In this document: positions 15,284-24,293 of the stretch, in pieces
Layout: every line of letters begins with the position of its first letter
Numbering within the stretch: position 1 is the first letter of the stretch
IMG/VR virus record: IMGVR_UViG_3300025018_000297
Span: 1 to 37,613 of that record
Reading direction: 5' to 3' (one strand)
From: a virus
Lineage: Duplodnaviria; Caudoviricetes
Length of the DNA stretch: 37,613 nucleotides
Notes under the pieces: model-generated
What the model was told of the DNA's origin: nothing
Databases searched by the model: none
What the model saw: only the letters and a program-made list of their open reading frames with translations
Translations under genes and position numbers: made by a program

Positions 15284-17572
15284 GTGCCAAAAGTTTCACC
15301 GATACAAAACAATTTTGGCGCAGGGGAGATTAGTCCGCTACTTAAAGGCCGAGTCGATATTGATAGATATCCGCAAGCCCTAGAGACGTGTCTTAATTTT
15401 ATTCCCACGGTACAGGGCGGGCTGATTAGGCGCTCAGGTACAGAGTTTATATCTGAAGTTAAAACGAGCGCAAAGGCCACTAGGCTAGTTCGATTCGAGT
15501 TCTCAACAACTCAAGCCTACATATTGGAGTTCGGTGATCAATACATAAGATTCTACAGAAACTATGGGCAGATACAAACGGCAGGGAATGCGTATGAATT
15601 GACAAGCCCATACCTAGAGGCCGATCTTTTTGAGCTTAACTTTGCTCAGAGCGCGGACGTTTTATACATAGTGCATGCGGATTACGCTCCAAGGAAACTA
15701 TCTAGAACCGGGCACACCGCGTGGACACTCGCTACTATTATTTTTGCTGAGGGGCCGTACCTTCCGGTCAATATCACAACCACAACATTAACGCCGTCCG
15801 CAGCCACCGGAACTATAACTCTTACAGCATCCTCGGTGACGGGGATCAACAATGATACGGGGTTTCAGACTACAGATGTTGGCCGATTGATCAGGCTACT
15901 AGAGGGCACGCAGTGGGGCTGGGTGCAGATACTATCTAGATCAAGCACAACAGAGGTGTCGGCCTTTGTGGTGTGGACACTTGTAAACACTAGCCCAAAA
16001 ACAAATTGGCGTATGGGGTTGTGGTCTGGCACAACCGGCTATCCATCTAACGTAGTTTTTCATGAGGATAGATTGTCGTTTGCGGGAACTCCAGAAGCTC
16101 CGCAGAGAATCGATATGAGCCGCAGTGGGGACTATCAAACTTTCTCGCCCACGGATGCCGACGGAACGGTGGCAGATAGTCATGCGTTAAGTTTCACATT
16201 TAACTCAACCGACGTTAACGTAATACGCTGGCAGCTCTCAGACGAGAAGGGTCTTATGGTCGGGACTGTTGGCGGCGAGTGGATAGTAAGACCATCAAGT
16301 CAGTCGGAAGCTTTGACCCCAACGAATATAACTGCCAAGCGTTCTACCACCTATGGAAGTGCCAACCTTCAGGCTATTCAAGTCGGTAAGGCGGGGTTGT
16401 TTGTACAAAGGGCCGGCAGAAAAATAAGAGAAATATCTTACTACTATGAGGTGGATGGGTTTAGGGCGCCGGATCTTACCATTCTGTCGGAGCATATAAC
16501 GGCTACTGGCATCAAAGAAATGGCGCACCAAAAAGAGCCGCAGCCAATCCTATGGGCTGTAAGAAATGACGGGGCGCTTCTAGGGCTCACTTATGAGCGG
16601 GATGTTGACGCTTTTAAAGTGGGCTGGCATCGGCATTGGGTGGGCGGGGTTAGTGATGCTGCGGGCTCGCCGGCTGAGGTTGAGAGCATAGCGGTCATAC
16701 CGTCGCAGGACGGCGAGAGAGAAGATCTATGGATGGTGGTTAAGCGCCGTATAAACGGGGGCACCGAGCGGTATATTGAGTACATGACTATGCTGTTCGA
16801 TGATGAGACTGAGCAGAAGGATGCGTTCTTTGTAGACTGCGGGCTCACGTATGATGACCCTAAAACCATAACCGGAATTTCAAAAGCGGACCCATGCGTA
16901 ATAACTGCCGCCAACACTTTCAGCAACGGGGACAAGATTCTTGTCACGGGCGTAACCGGCATGACAGCAGTTAACGGCGAAAGCTACCTTGTGCAGAGTG
17001 CGTCCACCGCATCATTTCAAATAACAGACCTAAGCGGGGATGCAATAGACTCATCCGCGTTTGACGCTTACGTATCTGGCGGAGAAGTAAGAAAGTATGT
17101 GAGCACTATCTCTGGGCTCACGCATTTAGAGGGCGAAGTTGTGGATCTTTTGGCAGATGGCGCCGTTCAGCCCAGTAAGACTGTAAGCTCAGGGAGCATT
17201 ACCTTGACCACATCCGCCACGACTGTGCACATAGGATATGGATACGAGAGCGACATGAAGATGCTCAGGCTTAACGCCGGGGCGGCTGATGGTACAGCAC
17301 TAGGTAAGACGCAAAGAATACACCGGGTTTCGATCATGCTTCATAGGACTTTAGGACTAAAAATGGGTATGTCATTTGATGACATGGACACCCTAATTTT
17401 TAGAACTGGCGCAGATGCATTGACCAGGGCGCCGGCGCTGTTCACCGGTATTAGGCAAGAGACTATTGATGGTGATTACAATACTGAGAACCAAATTTGT
17501 TTAAGGCAAGACCAACCACTTCCGTGCATGATACTGGCAGTTATGCCGCAGATGCACACGCAGGACAGGTAA
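15284..17572 (+). CDS. Tail tubular protein B / nozzle (T7 gp12-like)
   Basis: NFGAGEISP start, YILEFGDQYIRFY, QSADVLY, GWHRH; 762 aa. Confidence 0.9.
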   Translation: MPKVSPIQNNFGAGEISPLLKGRVDIDRYPQALETCLNFIPTVQGGLIRRSGTEFISEVKTSAKATRLVRFEFSTTQAYILEFGDQYIRFYRNYGQIQTAGNAYELTSPYLEADLFELNFAQSADVLYIVHADYAPRKLSRTGHTAWTLATIIFAEGPYLPVNITTTTLTPSAATGTITLTASSVTGINNDTGFQTTDVGRLIRLLEGTQWGWVQILSRSSTTEVSAFVVWTLVNTSPKTNWRMGLWSGTTGYPSNVVFHEDRLSFAGTPEAPQRIDMSRSGDYQTFSPTDADGTVADSHALSFTFNSTDVNVIRWQLSDEKGLMVGTVGGEWIVRPSSQSEALTPTNITAKRSTTYGSANLQAIQVGKAGLFVQRAGRKIREISYYYEVDGFRAPDLTILSEHITATGIKEMAHQKEPQPILWAVRNDGALLGLTYERDVDAFKVGWHRHWVGGVSDAAGSPAEVESIAVIPSQDGEREDLWMVVKRRINGGTERYIEYMTMLFDDETEQKDAFFVDCGLTYDDPKTITGISKADPCVITAANTFSNGDKILVTGVTGMTAVNGESYLVQSASTASFQITDLSGDAIDSSAFDAYVSGGEVRKYVSTISGLTHLEGEVVDLLADGAVQPSKTVSSGSITLTTSATTVHIGYGYESDMKMLRLNAGAADGTALGKTQRIHRVSIMLHRTLGLKMGMSFDDMDTLIFRTGADALTRAPALFTGIRQETIDGDYNTENQICLRQDQPLPCMILAVMPQMHTQDR

Positions 17573-18006
17573 TGGCAGAGGTTGTTAAGTTCAAAAAAGA
17601 GCATCTTAAGAATCTTGATGAGCACGTCTTCGGGATTTCTGTCAAAGAGAACATGTCTGAGGCGATGCTCAAAATACTAGAGAAGAGAGAGCACTGCTAT
17701 TCGATATTAAAAGGTGAGACGGTGCTCGGCTGCGTAGGGGTCACAGAGTTCTGGCAGGATAGGGCGGAGGTGTGGGCCATACTTAAGAAAGATATGGGCA
17801 TGGACTTCATAGAGGTTAACTCTGCATGCAAGAAACTTGTGGCTGGGCTTCCAATGAAAAGACTTGAGGCCGTGGTTAACGCAGACTTTGAAGCGGGTAT
17901 CCGGTGGATGCGTGCACTCGGGTTTAGACTCGAGTCCGCTAGAATGAAAAATTACGGAAGAGACGGCAAAGACTGTATGCTCTTTGCTAAGGTGAAAGAC
18001 GCATGA
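17572..18006 (+). CDS. GNAT-like protein (T7 gp13-position)
   Basis: Start re-called at the TAATG overlap; RLEAVV..DFEAGIRWMRALGF.LE GNAT motif. Confidence 0.75.
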   Translation: MAEVVKFKKEHLKNLDEHVFGISVKENMSEAMLKILEKREHCYSILKGETVLGCVGVTEFWQDRAEVWAILKKDMGMDFIEVNSACKKLVAGLPMKRLEAVVNADFEAGIRWMRALGFRLESARMKNYGRDGKDCMLFAKVKDA

Positions 18007-18458
18007 TCAAAATTAGGCGGGCAAGTAGAGAAGACATTCCGTGGATACTTGTTCAGTTAGTGGACTTCTCTAAGTTCTTTGGTACAAAGAAAAAACTCTT
18101 TGGGTCAGCTAACTACTGCGCCGAGTATGTGCAGAATGTTGTGGATACTCAGTTCATGTTGGTCTCTGAGAATAAAGAAGAGAGAACCGGATTCATTGCT
18201 GGGCTCATTTTAAACCACCCATTCAATCCAGATATAAAAGTTCTCCAAGAGCTTTGGTGGTGGGTGCCAGAGGTCCACCGGGGCGGGCGCTCGGGGCTCA
18301 TGTTGTTCAAACAATTTGAAGAGTACGGGAATAGGCACTGCGACTGGACGTTATTTACACTAGAGCACGAGAGCCCGGTATCGGATAGAGTGTTAATTAA
18401 GAACGGATTTAAGCAAAAAGAAATAACATATATGAAGGAGTCGTCATGGCAGCAGTAA
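18003..18458 (+). CDS. GNAT family acetyltransferase
   Basis: IRRASREDI start, ELWWWVPEVHRGGRSG acetyl-CoA motif A, KNGF. Confidence 0.8.
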   Translation: MIKIRRASREDIPWILVQLVDFSKFFGTKKKLFGSANYCAEYVQNVVDTQFMLVSENKEERTGFIAGLILNHPFNPDIKVLQELWWWVPEVHRGGRSGLMLFKQFEEYGNRHCDWTLFTLEHESPVSDRVLIKNGFKQKEITYMKESSWQQ

Positions 18459-18895
18459 CGGCGGTTGCAGTCGCGGGCGCTGGCGCATTAATGAGTTCCT
18501 ACTCCATGGCTGCGCAGGGTAATTCTGAAGAAATCTCGGCAAACTATAACGCCATGGTAAACGAGCAGAACGCTCGGCGGGCCATGGAGCAAGCACGGGA
18601 AGATGAGAAGCAGTTTCGATTGTCTGTTCGAAGAGAACAGGGGGCGAACATTGCGGCCATTAGCGCCTCTGGGATTATACTTGAGGGCTCGCCGATTGAA
18701 GTACTACGAGACAACGCAAGAAAAGCATCGGAAGATGCAATACAGATTAGAATGGGCGGTATATCTCAAAGAGATACCCACCTACAAGAGGCGCAGTTTA
18801 GTAGGAACTCTGGCGCGAGCAGGCAGCGTGCTGCAAACATCGGGGCTGCGGCCAGCTTCTTACAAGGTGCTGGCAATGCCGCTGGCAAACTTTAA
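18446..18895 (+). CDS. Internal virion/ejection protein (T7 gp14-like)
   Basis: Ala/Gly-rich hydrophobic N-terminus, ASGI..EGS motif; position. Confidence 0.75.
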   Translation: MAAVTAVAVAGAGALMSSYSMAAQGNSEEISANYNAMVNEQNARRAMEQAREDEKQFRLSVRREQGANIAAISASGIILEGSPIEVLRDNARKASEDAIQIRMGGISQRDTHLQEAQFSRNSGASRQRAANIGAAASFLQGAGNAAGKL

Positions 18896-18910
18896 CGGAG
18901 CAAAACAGCT

Positions 18911-20491
18911 ATGCCAGTAATCAAAGAATATCAAAGACAGTTTAGACACAATGACGGAGCTCCTCAGCTTCGCCTGCGAACTGCCGATGATTTTGGCGGG
19001 ACCGAGGCCAGGGCGCTTGGGCAAATTGGTCAAGCGGTATCAGCTGTTGGGGATGCGGTCTACCGAGTGGCGGAGCAGCAGGAGCTCAGTGACTTAAACG
19101 CCAAGCTCAGTAAAGCACAAGCGGACAATTCGATTGAGTTTCAAAACGTAGTTAAGAACACAAAGCCTGGCGACAAAGTGGCTTTTGAAGAGTTCGAGAA
19201 GAGAGCTGATGAGAGACTTGCCGAGATAAGAGACGGGGTATCCACTCCAGCCGGAAGAAACTATTTTTCTGGCGCCACCACTAAAATGAAGACGCAGTTG
19301 GTGATGAGTTCTGCTCAAGCGCAAGCGGATCTTGATGGCGAGAAGGCTGTCATGGATTACTCTTCTGCAAAGAATGACCTTACCGCCGGACTAATCGCAG
19401 ACCCGAGTTCTCTTGCTCTGAGCCGAGAGCTCCACGCGCAGGGGCTTGATAACTTAGTGTCCGCGGGTATGCTGCCGGCTGCTCAGGCGGAGAAGTTAAA
19501 GCTTACCGGGGACCAAGATCTAGTTAAGTCATCAGTGCGCGGATGGATAAAACTTAACCCCGCGTATGCAAAGCAAAAGCTTGAGGCCGGCGAGTTTGAT
19601 AAGGAACTAGGGGGCGAGCAAAAGCTACAGCTCTATTCTGAAGTGGATCAAGCGGTAAGAGCTAGAGAGATTGAGCAAGATCGAATGCGCAGGCGCCAGC
19701 AAGAGATGCTTGCGCAGGAGCAGCTTAACACCCAGAACAAATTCTTAAGAGATATGACAGAGGGTAATCTTTCCTCTGAGCAGATCTTATCATCAAACCT
19801 ATCCGCCTTTGGCTCTGGTTCTAAAGAGCAGTTCTTAAACATGGTCAAAAGAGTTAATGATTCTGGCGGTAGACTTCAGACTCAGCCAAACACATTCATA
19901 AGTTTGTTCGAAAGAATCAATGCACCTGATGGTGATCCAAATAAAATCACAGACGAATCTCAGCTCAATGATTTTTTAGGTAGCGGTCTTAGCTACGAGG
20001 ACCTTAATAAATTGAGGGCTGAAGTGGCCGGATCAAAAACCGAGAAGGGCAGAGTTGAGAACACGTATAGAAAGCAGCTCTTTGAAATAGCAAAAGGCAG
20101 ACTTACTAAAAGCAATTCACTCACAGGGATAAAAGACCCAGACGGTGATGAGAGCCTGTTGATGTTCCAGCGGTTTGCTTATGAAAAAATAGACGAGACT
20201 AGAAAAGCGGGTAAGCCGCTGTCTGAGCTATTCAATCCAAACAGTAGTGAGTATTTGGGCCAGCACATTCAAAGTTATCAGCGCACTCCGCAAGAGATTA
20301 TGAAAGCGCAGATGCGCCAGCTTCAGTCAACCCGTCCCCAGACTTTGACACGTACAATGCAAAACCCGAGTCCATTAAATCCAAGTGCCACTAGCCCTAA
20401 GCCCGCAAGAAAGGCTGGAGAAAGTATCGCCGATTACCTACAGCGTATTAAACTGGGTCCATCGGGTGCGAGCGCTGAAGGCGGCAACTAG
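18911..20491 (+). CDS. Internal virion/ejection protein (gp15-position)
   Basis: Helical 526-aa protein between the gp14-like and largest ejection genes. Confidence 0.7.
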   Translation: MPVIKEYQRQFRHNDGAPQLRLRTADDFGGTEARALGQIGQAVSAVGDAVYRVAEQQELSDLNAKLSKAQADNSIEFQNVVKNTKPGDKVAFEEFEKRADERLAEIRDGVSTPAGRNYFSGATTKMKTQLVMSSAQAQADLDGEKAVMDYSSAKNDLTAGLIADPSSLALSRELHAQGLDNLVSAGMLPAAQAEKLKLTGDQDLVKSSVRGWIKLNPAYAKQKLEAGEFDKELGGEQKLQLYSEVDQAVRAREIEQDRMRRRQQEMLAQEQLNTQNKFLRDMTEGNLSSEQILSSNLSAFGSGSKEQFLNMVKRVNDSGGRLQTQPNTFISLFERINAPDGDPNKITDESQLNDFLGSGLSYEDLNKLRAEVAGSKTEKGRVENTYRKQLFEIAKGRLTKSNSLTGIKDPDGDESLLMFQRFAYEKIDETRKAGKPLSELFNPNSSEYLGQHIQSYQRTPQEIMKAQMRQLQSTRPQTLTRTMQNPSPLNPSATSPKPARKAGESIADYLQRIKLGPSGASAEGGN

Positions 20492-23400
20492 TGGATACAG
20501 CGGCAGCTAGCATAGATGAACTACAGCAAGCGGGCTTTGGCGCCGAAGAGATAGATGCATGGAAGTCTGAAACCAGGGGTCAGCTTGAGAGTGCGGGTTT
20601 CTCACAAGGTGAAATTGACAACTACTTCGGGATCAAAAACCCGGACATGTCTGCAGTCAAGCAGGTCTTCGACTCAAACTTTGAAAAGCGATCTTCAGCA
20701 CAAGCACCCGTCCCTCAACAAGAGGCAGGGGCGGGTCCGGTTCAGGGACAATCTGAAGCGCCGAAAGTGGAACAAGCGGACTCATTTCTAGATGCGCTTG
20801 AGGCTGGATGGGATATCTCCGTCGCTGGCCTGGCGATACAACAAAAATCTCCAGATGTAGTGCTTCACGAGAACGCGGGCATGTTCTATAGAATCGCATC
20901 TCAAGTGGGAACCCTGGCGGGTGATCTGCCCGCCATGATAGCGGGCTCTGTAGCTGGCGGTGCAGCTGGCGGTGCCGCGGGCTCGGCGGTTCCAGTGGCG
21001 GGCACGGCATTAGGTACAGCCATTGGCGCCGGGGCTGGCGCGTTCGCGCTTCCAGAATCCCTGCGTCAAGTAATGATGCTCCAGTATGAGCGCGGTGACG
21101 TTAATAGCTTCTCCGATTTTTGGGAGCGATCAAGCGCGGTATTCATAGAGACGTTAAAGGCGGGCACTATAGGCGCAGCTACGGTTGGCGTTGGCGGGTT
21201 AGTGGCTAAGGGTGTGGCAAAGACCGCGCTACCGGCTGCCGCTAAAACCTCGGCGCAGTTGGCGTCTGAAGTGGCCACCATGACAACCGTTGGCGCAGCG
21301 CTTGAGGGGCATATGCCAGAGCCAGCGCATTTCTTAGAGGCGGCTATTGTCCTAGGGGGATTTAAAGCGGCCACATCTTCAGCCGGTAAGCTTAGACAAA
21401 TATATGCTAGAACCGGGAGGCTGCCAGCTGAGGTGGCGCTTGAGGCGCAGAGCAACCCCGTAGTGAAGCAAAAGATTTTATCAGAGAACGTCCCGGCGGA
21501 GCAGGTCATCAGTGCTCTGGAGACTGGCCGCATAGAGGTTAAGCAGGCGCCGCCTCCGGAGAACATACCAACGGTAGAGCCAATCAAAGTTAAAAACCCG
21601 GAGCTCTCAGCTGAGGCCAACACAATTCTTTCTAAGGTTTCTAAGAAAGAAGGTAAGCCATCAGAGCCACTGACAAAAGAGCGCGTTCAAGAAGTGGTAT
21701 CGACAAAGGCCAATGAAGTTTATACAAATTTTGTTGATAAGCTTGACCCTATAAATCAGGTCACAAAAATATTAACAGAGAACAAGGCTGAGCTTCCAGC
21801 GGACAAGAACCCATACATATTAAGCCGCATGGCTGTGGACTATAAAGCGAAGGCGAAGGCCTCGTTTGAGCGAGGCACTTTAGACTTTGCCACTAGAGAG
21901 TATAAGGGCAAAAGCCTTAGAAGTATTTTAGAGAAGGCGGAGAACTTAGATGAGTTCGAAGCATTCTTAATTTCAAAACGAGTTACAGAAAAGAACGCAC
22001 AAGGGAAGACTACGGGTTTTGACGTGGCCGCGGCAGAGGCGGTTGTGAAACAAAGCGGAACTAAGTATGAAGCTATTTCAAAAGAATTAACTAATTTTTC
22101 AAACGAGATTTTGCAGTATGTAACAGACGCCGGAGTTATTTCAAAACAAGCTGCCACAAAAATGAAGGCGATGAATGAGAACTATGTTCCATTTAAACGC
22201 ATAATAGAAACAGCAGAAGGCGCGAAGGCCACTAAATCTGGTAAGGCTGGGTCATTAAAAGAGTTCAAGGGCAGTGAGCTGGACATTCAAAGTCCTATCA
22301 CTTCGGTGATTGAGAACACGATGGAACTCATAAAAATGGCGGAGGCCAATAGGCCGATCGTTGAACTTGTAAAGCTGGCAGAATCCCTAGAGGGTCAGAC
22401 GCTAATCACTAAGGTGAAATCAAAGGCGACGCCTATAACAGTTGGCGAGAAGCAGGTGGCAAAGCTACTTGAAAAGAATGGGCTTGATCCCGCTATTGCT
22501 GAGCCGCTTACTACATACCGAAGAGAGCAGAAGACGCTTGCTCCGAATGAGTTTGCAGTCTACCGAGAAGGCAAGCGAGAAGTATACTCCACAACACCGG
22601 AACTTGCTGAAGCCATTAAAAGATTAGACGGAGATGTTGGCTCAACTAGTATGCTATTCAGGCTAGCAAGAGGCGTGACGGTAATTAAAAAATTTGGAAT
22701 AACTTTTACGCCAGACTTTATTCTAAGAAACTTAATACGGGATAACATAACAGCCAGTGCGTTCTCGAAGTCTAAGGGGCTAAGCCCCGTCGACTTGGTA
22801 TCTGCCATGGGCGATATTGTTAAGAAGAACGACACATATTATAACTGGCTTAAAAGCGGCGGGGCTAACGGCGCATTCCTAGAGCTTGGCGAGCGGTACA
22901 TTCAGACCGATATCACTAAGCTTCAAAGAGAAACCAACTTCATGGGCTCTGTTAGAAACGTAGCGCAGAAGCCGATTGATTTTATGCGCGTAGCTGCGGA
23001 GCTGAGCGAGCAATCGGTTAGACTTGCAGAGTTTAAGAAGATAGCTAAAGGCGCCACCTCTGGGCCAAAGATTGTTGAGGGTGGGTTTGCTTCTAGAGAA
23101 ATCACTGTAGACTTTCAGCGCGTTGGCGCCAAGATGTCTGCACTTAATTCTATCACAGCTTTTATGAACGTATCCATTCAGGGTCTTGATAGATCGGCCA
23201 GAGCTATCGGACAAGACCCCGCCGGCGTGACCACTAAAGCGCTAGCATACATCACTGCACCAAGTATTCTTTTGTGGTGGGCTAATAAAGACGACGAAAG
23301 ATACAAAGAAATACCCAGGTGGCAGAAGGACGCTTTCTGGATTATACCTACCGACAACTGGCAAGCGAGTGATGAGAACGAAGCCAGCGGCCTGCCGGAA

Positions 23401-24291
23401 TACATGGTTCAAAGAGACGGCACTCAGGTGTTTGTTAACAAGGGCGCCGTGTACCGGATACCGAAACCAATGGAGCTTGGGGTTGTGTTCGGCTCGCTTC
23501 CGGAAAGAATTCTTGAGGGGTTCTTTACTGATAACCCGCGGGCTTTTAAAGACTTTGAAGAAACCATTCTTCAGTCGTTAGTCCCGGCGCTCGTACCCGA
23601 TGCCGTAGCGCCAGCGATGGAGCAATATTTTAATAAAAGTTTTTTCACTGGCAGTGATATTGTTCCGCACCACTTGAAAGACATAATGCCTGAGTACCAG
23701 TTTGTTGAGTACACATCGGAGGCGGCAAAGACGCTCGGCAAAATGGTGGCCACTCTAGATAAGCAAAACGAGTTCGCATCTCCGATGGTTCTTGATAACT
23801 ACATACGAAGCTGGGGTGGATCTCTCGGACAGTATGCGGTTCAGCTGGCCGATAAGGCACTGAAGAAAGCTGGTATAGCAGAAGATATACCTGAAGCTGA
23901 GTCAACACTGGCGGACGTCCCTTTCATTAAAGCGTTTGTAGTTAGGTTCCCGTCATCTGGTGCGGCAAGTGTTCAAGACTTTTATGATAACTATGAAGAC
24001 ACAAACAAGGTACTAAGCACAATCAAGTACCTGGCCAAACAGGGTGACTTTAAGAACGTACAAAAAGAGATGGAGCTTTCTGCGAATCAAGAGAAGCTGA
24101 TTTCACTAGATGCATCAAGGGCCGCTCTATCCAAACAAAGCCAGTTCATAAAGCTAGTTAACAAAAACCCGGACATGAGTTCTGATGAGAAAAGACAAAT
24201 GATAGATAGTATGTATCTGATGATGATTGAAACTGCCAAGCAAGGGAATAGACTAGTGGACGAACTTAAAACAGTGACAGAGGAAAAATAA
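20491..24291 (+). CDS. Large internal virion/ejection protein with LPD38-like C-terminal region
   Basis: 1266 aa; Gly/Ala hydrophobic segments; WIIP...YRIPKPMELG motif. Confidence 0.8.
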   Translation: MDTAAASIDELQQAGFGAEEIDAWKSETRGQLESAGFSQGEIDNYFGIKNPDMSAVKQVFDSNFEKRSSAQAPVPQQEAGAGPVQGQSEAPKVEQADSFLDALEAGWDISVAGLAIQQKSPDVVLHENAGMFYRIASQVGTLAGDLPAMIAGSVAGGAAGGAAGSAVPVAGTALGTAIGAGAGAFALPESLRQVMMLQYERGDVNSFSDFWERSSAVFIETLKAGTIGAATVGVGGLVAKGVAKTALPAAAKTSAQLASEVATMTTVGAALEGHMPEPAHFLEAAIVLGGFKAATSSAGKLRQIYARTGRLPAEVALEAQSNPVVKQKILSENVPAEQVISALETGRIEVKQAPPPENIPTVEPIKVKNPELSAEANTILSKVSKKEGKPSEPLTKERVQEVVSTKANEVYTNFVDKLDPINQVTKILTENKAELPADKNPYILSRMAVDYKAKAKASFERGTLDFATREYKGKSLRSILEKAENLDEFEAFLISKRVTEKNAQGKTTGFDVAAAEAVVKQSGTKYEAISKELTNFSNEILQYVTDAGVISKQAATKMKAMNENYVPFKRIIETAEGAKATKSGKAGSLKEFKGSELDIQSPITSVIENTMELIKMAEANRPIVELVKLAESLEGQTLITKVKSKATPITVGEKQVAKLLEKNGLDPAIAEPLTTYRREQKTLAPNEFAVYREGKREVYSTTPELAEAIKRLDGDVGSTSMLFRLARGVTVIKKFGITFTPDFILRNLIRDNITASAFSKSKGLSPVDLVSAMGDIVKKNDTYYNWLKSGGANGAFLELGERYIQTDITKLQRETNFMGSVRNVAQKPIDFMRVAAELSEQSVRLAEFKKIAKGATSGPKIVEGGFASREITVDFQRVGAKMSALNSITAFMNVSIQGLDRSARAIGQDPAGVTTKALAYITAPSILLWWANKDDERYKEIPRWQKDAFWIIPTDNWQASDENEASGLPEYMVQRDGTQVFVNKGAVYRIPKPMELGVVFGSLPERILEGFFTDNPRAFKDFEETILQSLVPALVPDAVAPAMEQYFNKSFFTGSDIVPHHLKDIMPEYQFVEYTSEAAKTLGKMVATLDKQNEFASPMVLDNYIRSWGGSLGQYAVQLADKALKKAGIAEDIPEAESTLADVPFIKAFVVRFPSSGAASVQDFYDNYEDTNKVLSTIKYLAKQGDFKNVQKEMELSANQEKLISLDASRAALSKQSQFIKLVNKNPDMSSDEKRQMIDSMYLMMIETAKQGNRLVDELKTVTEEK

Positions 24292-24293
24292 GA

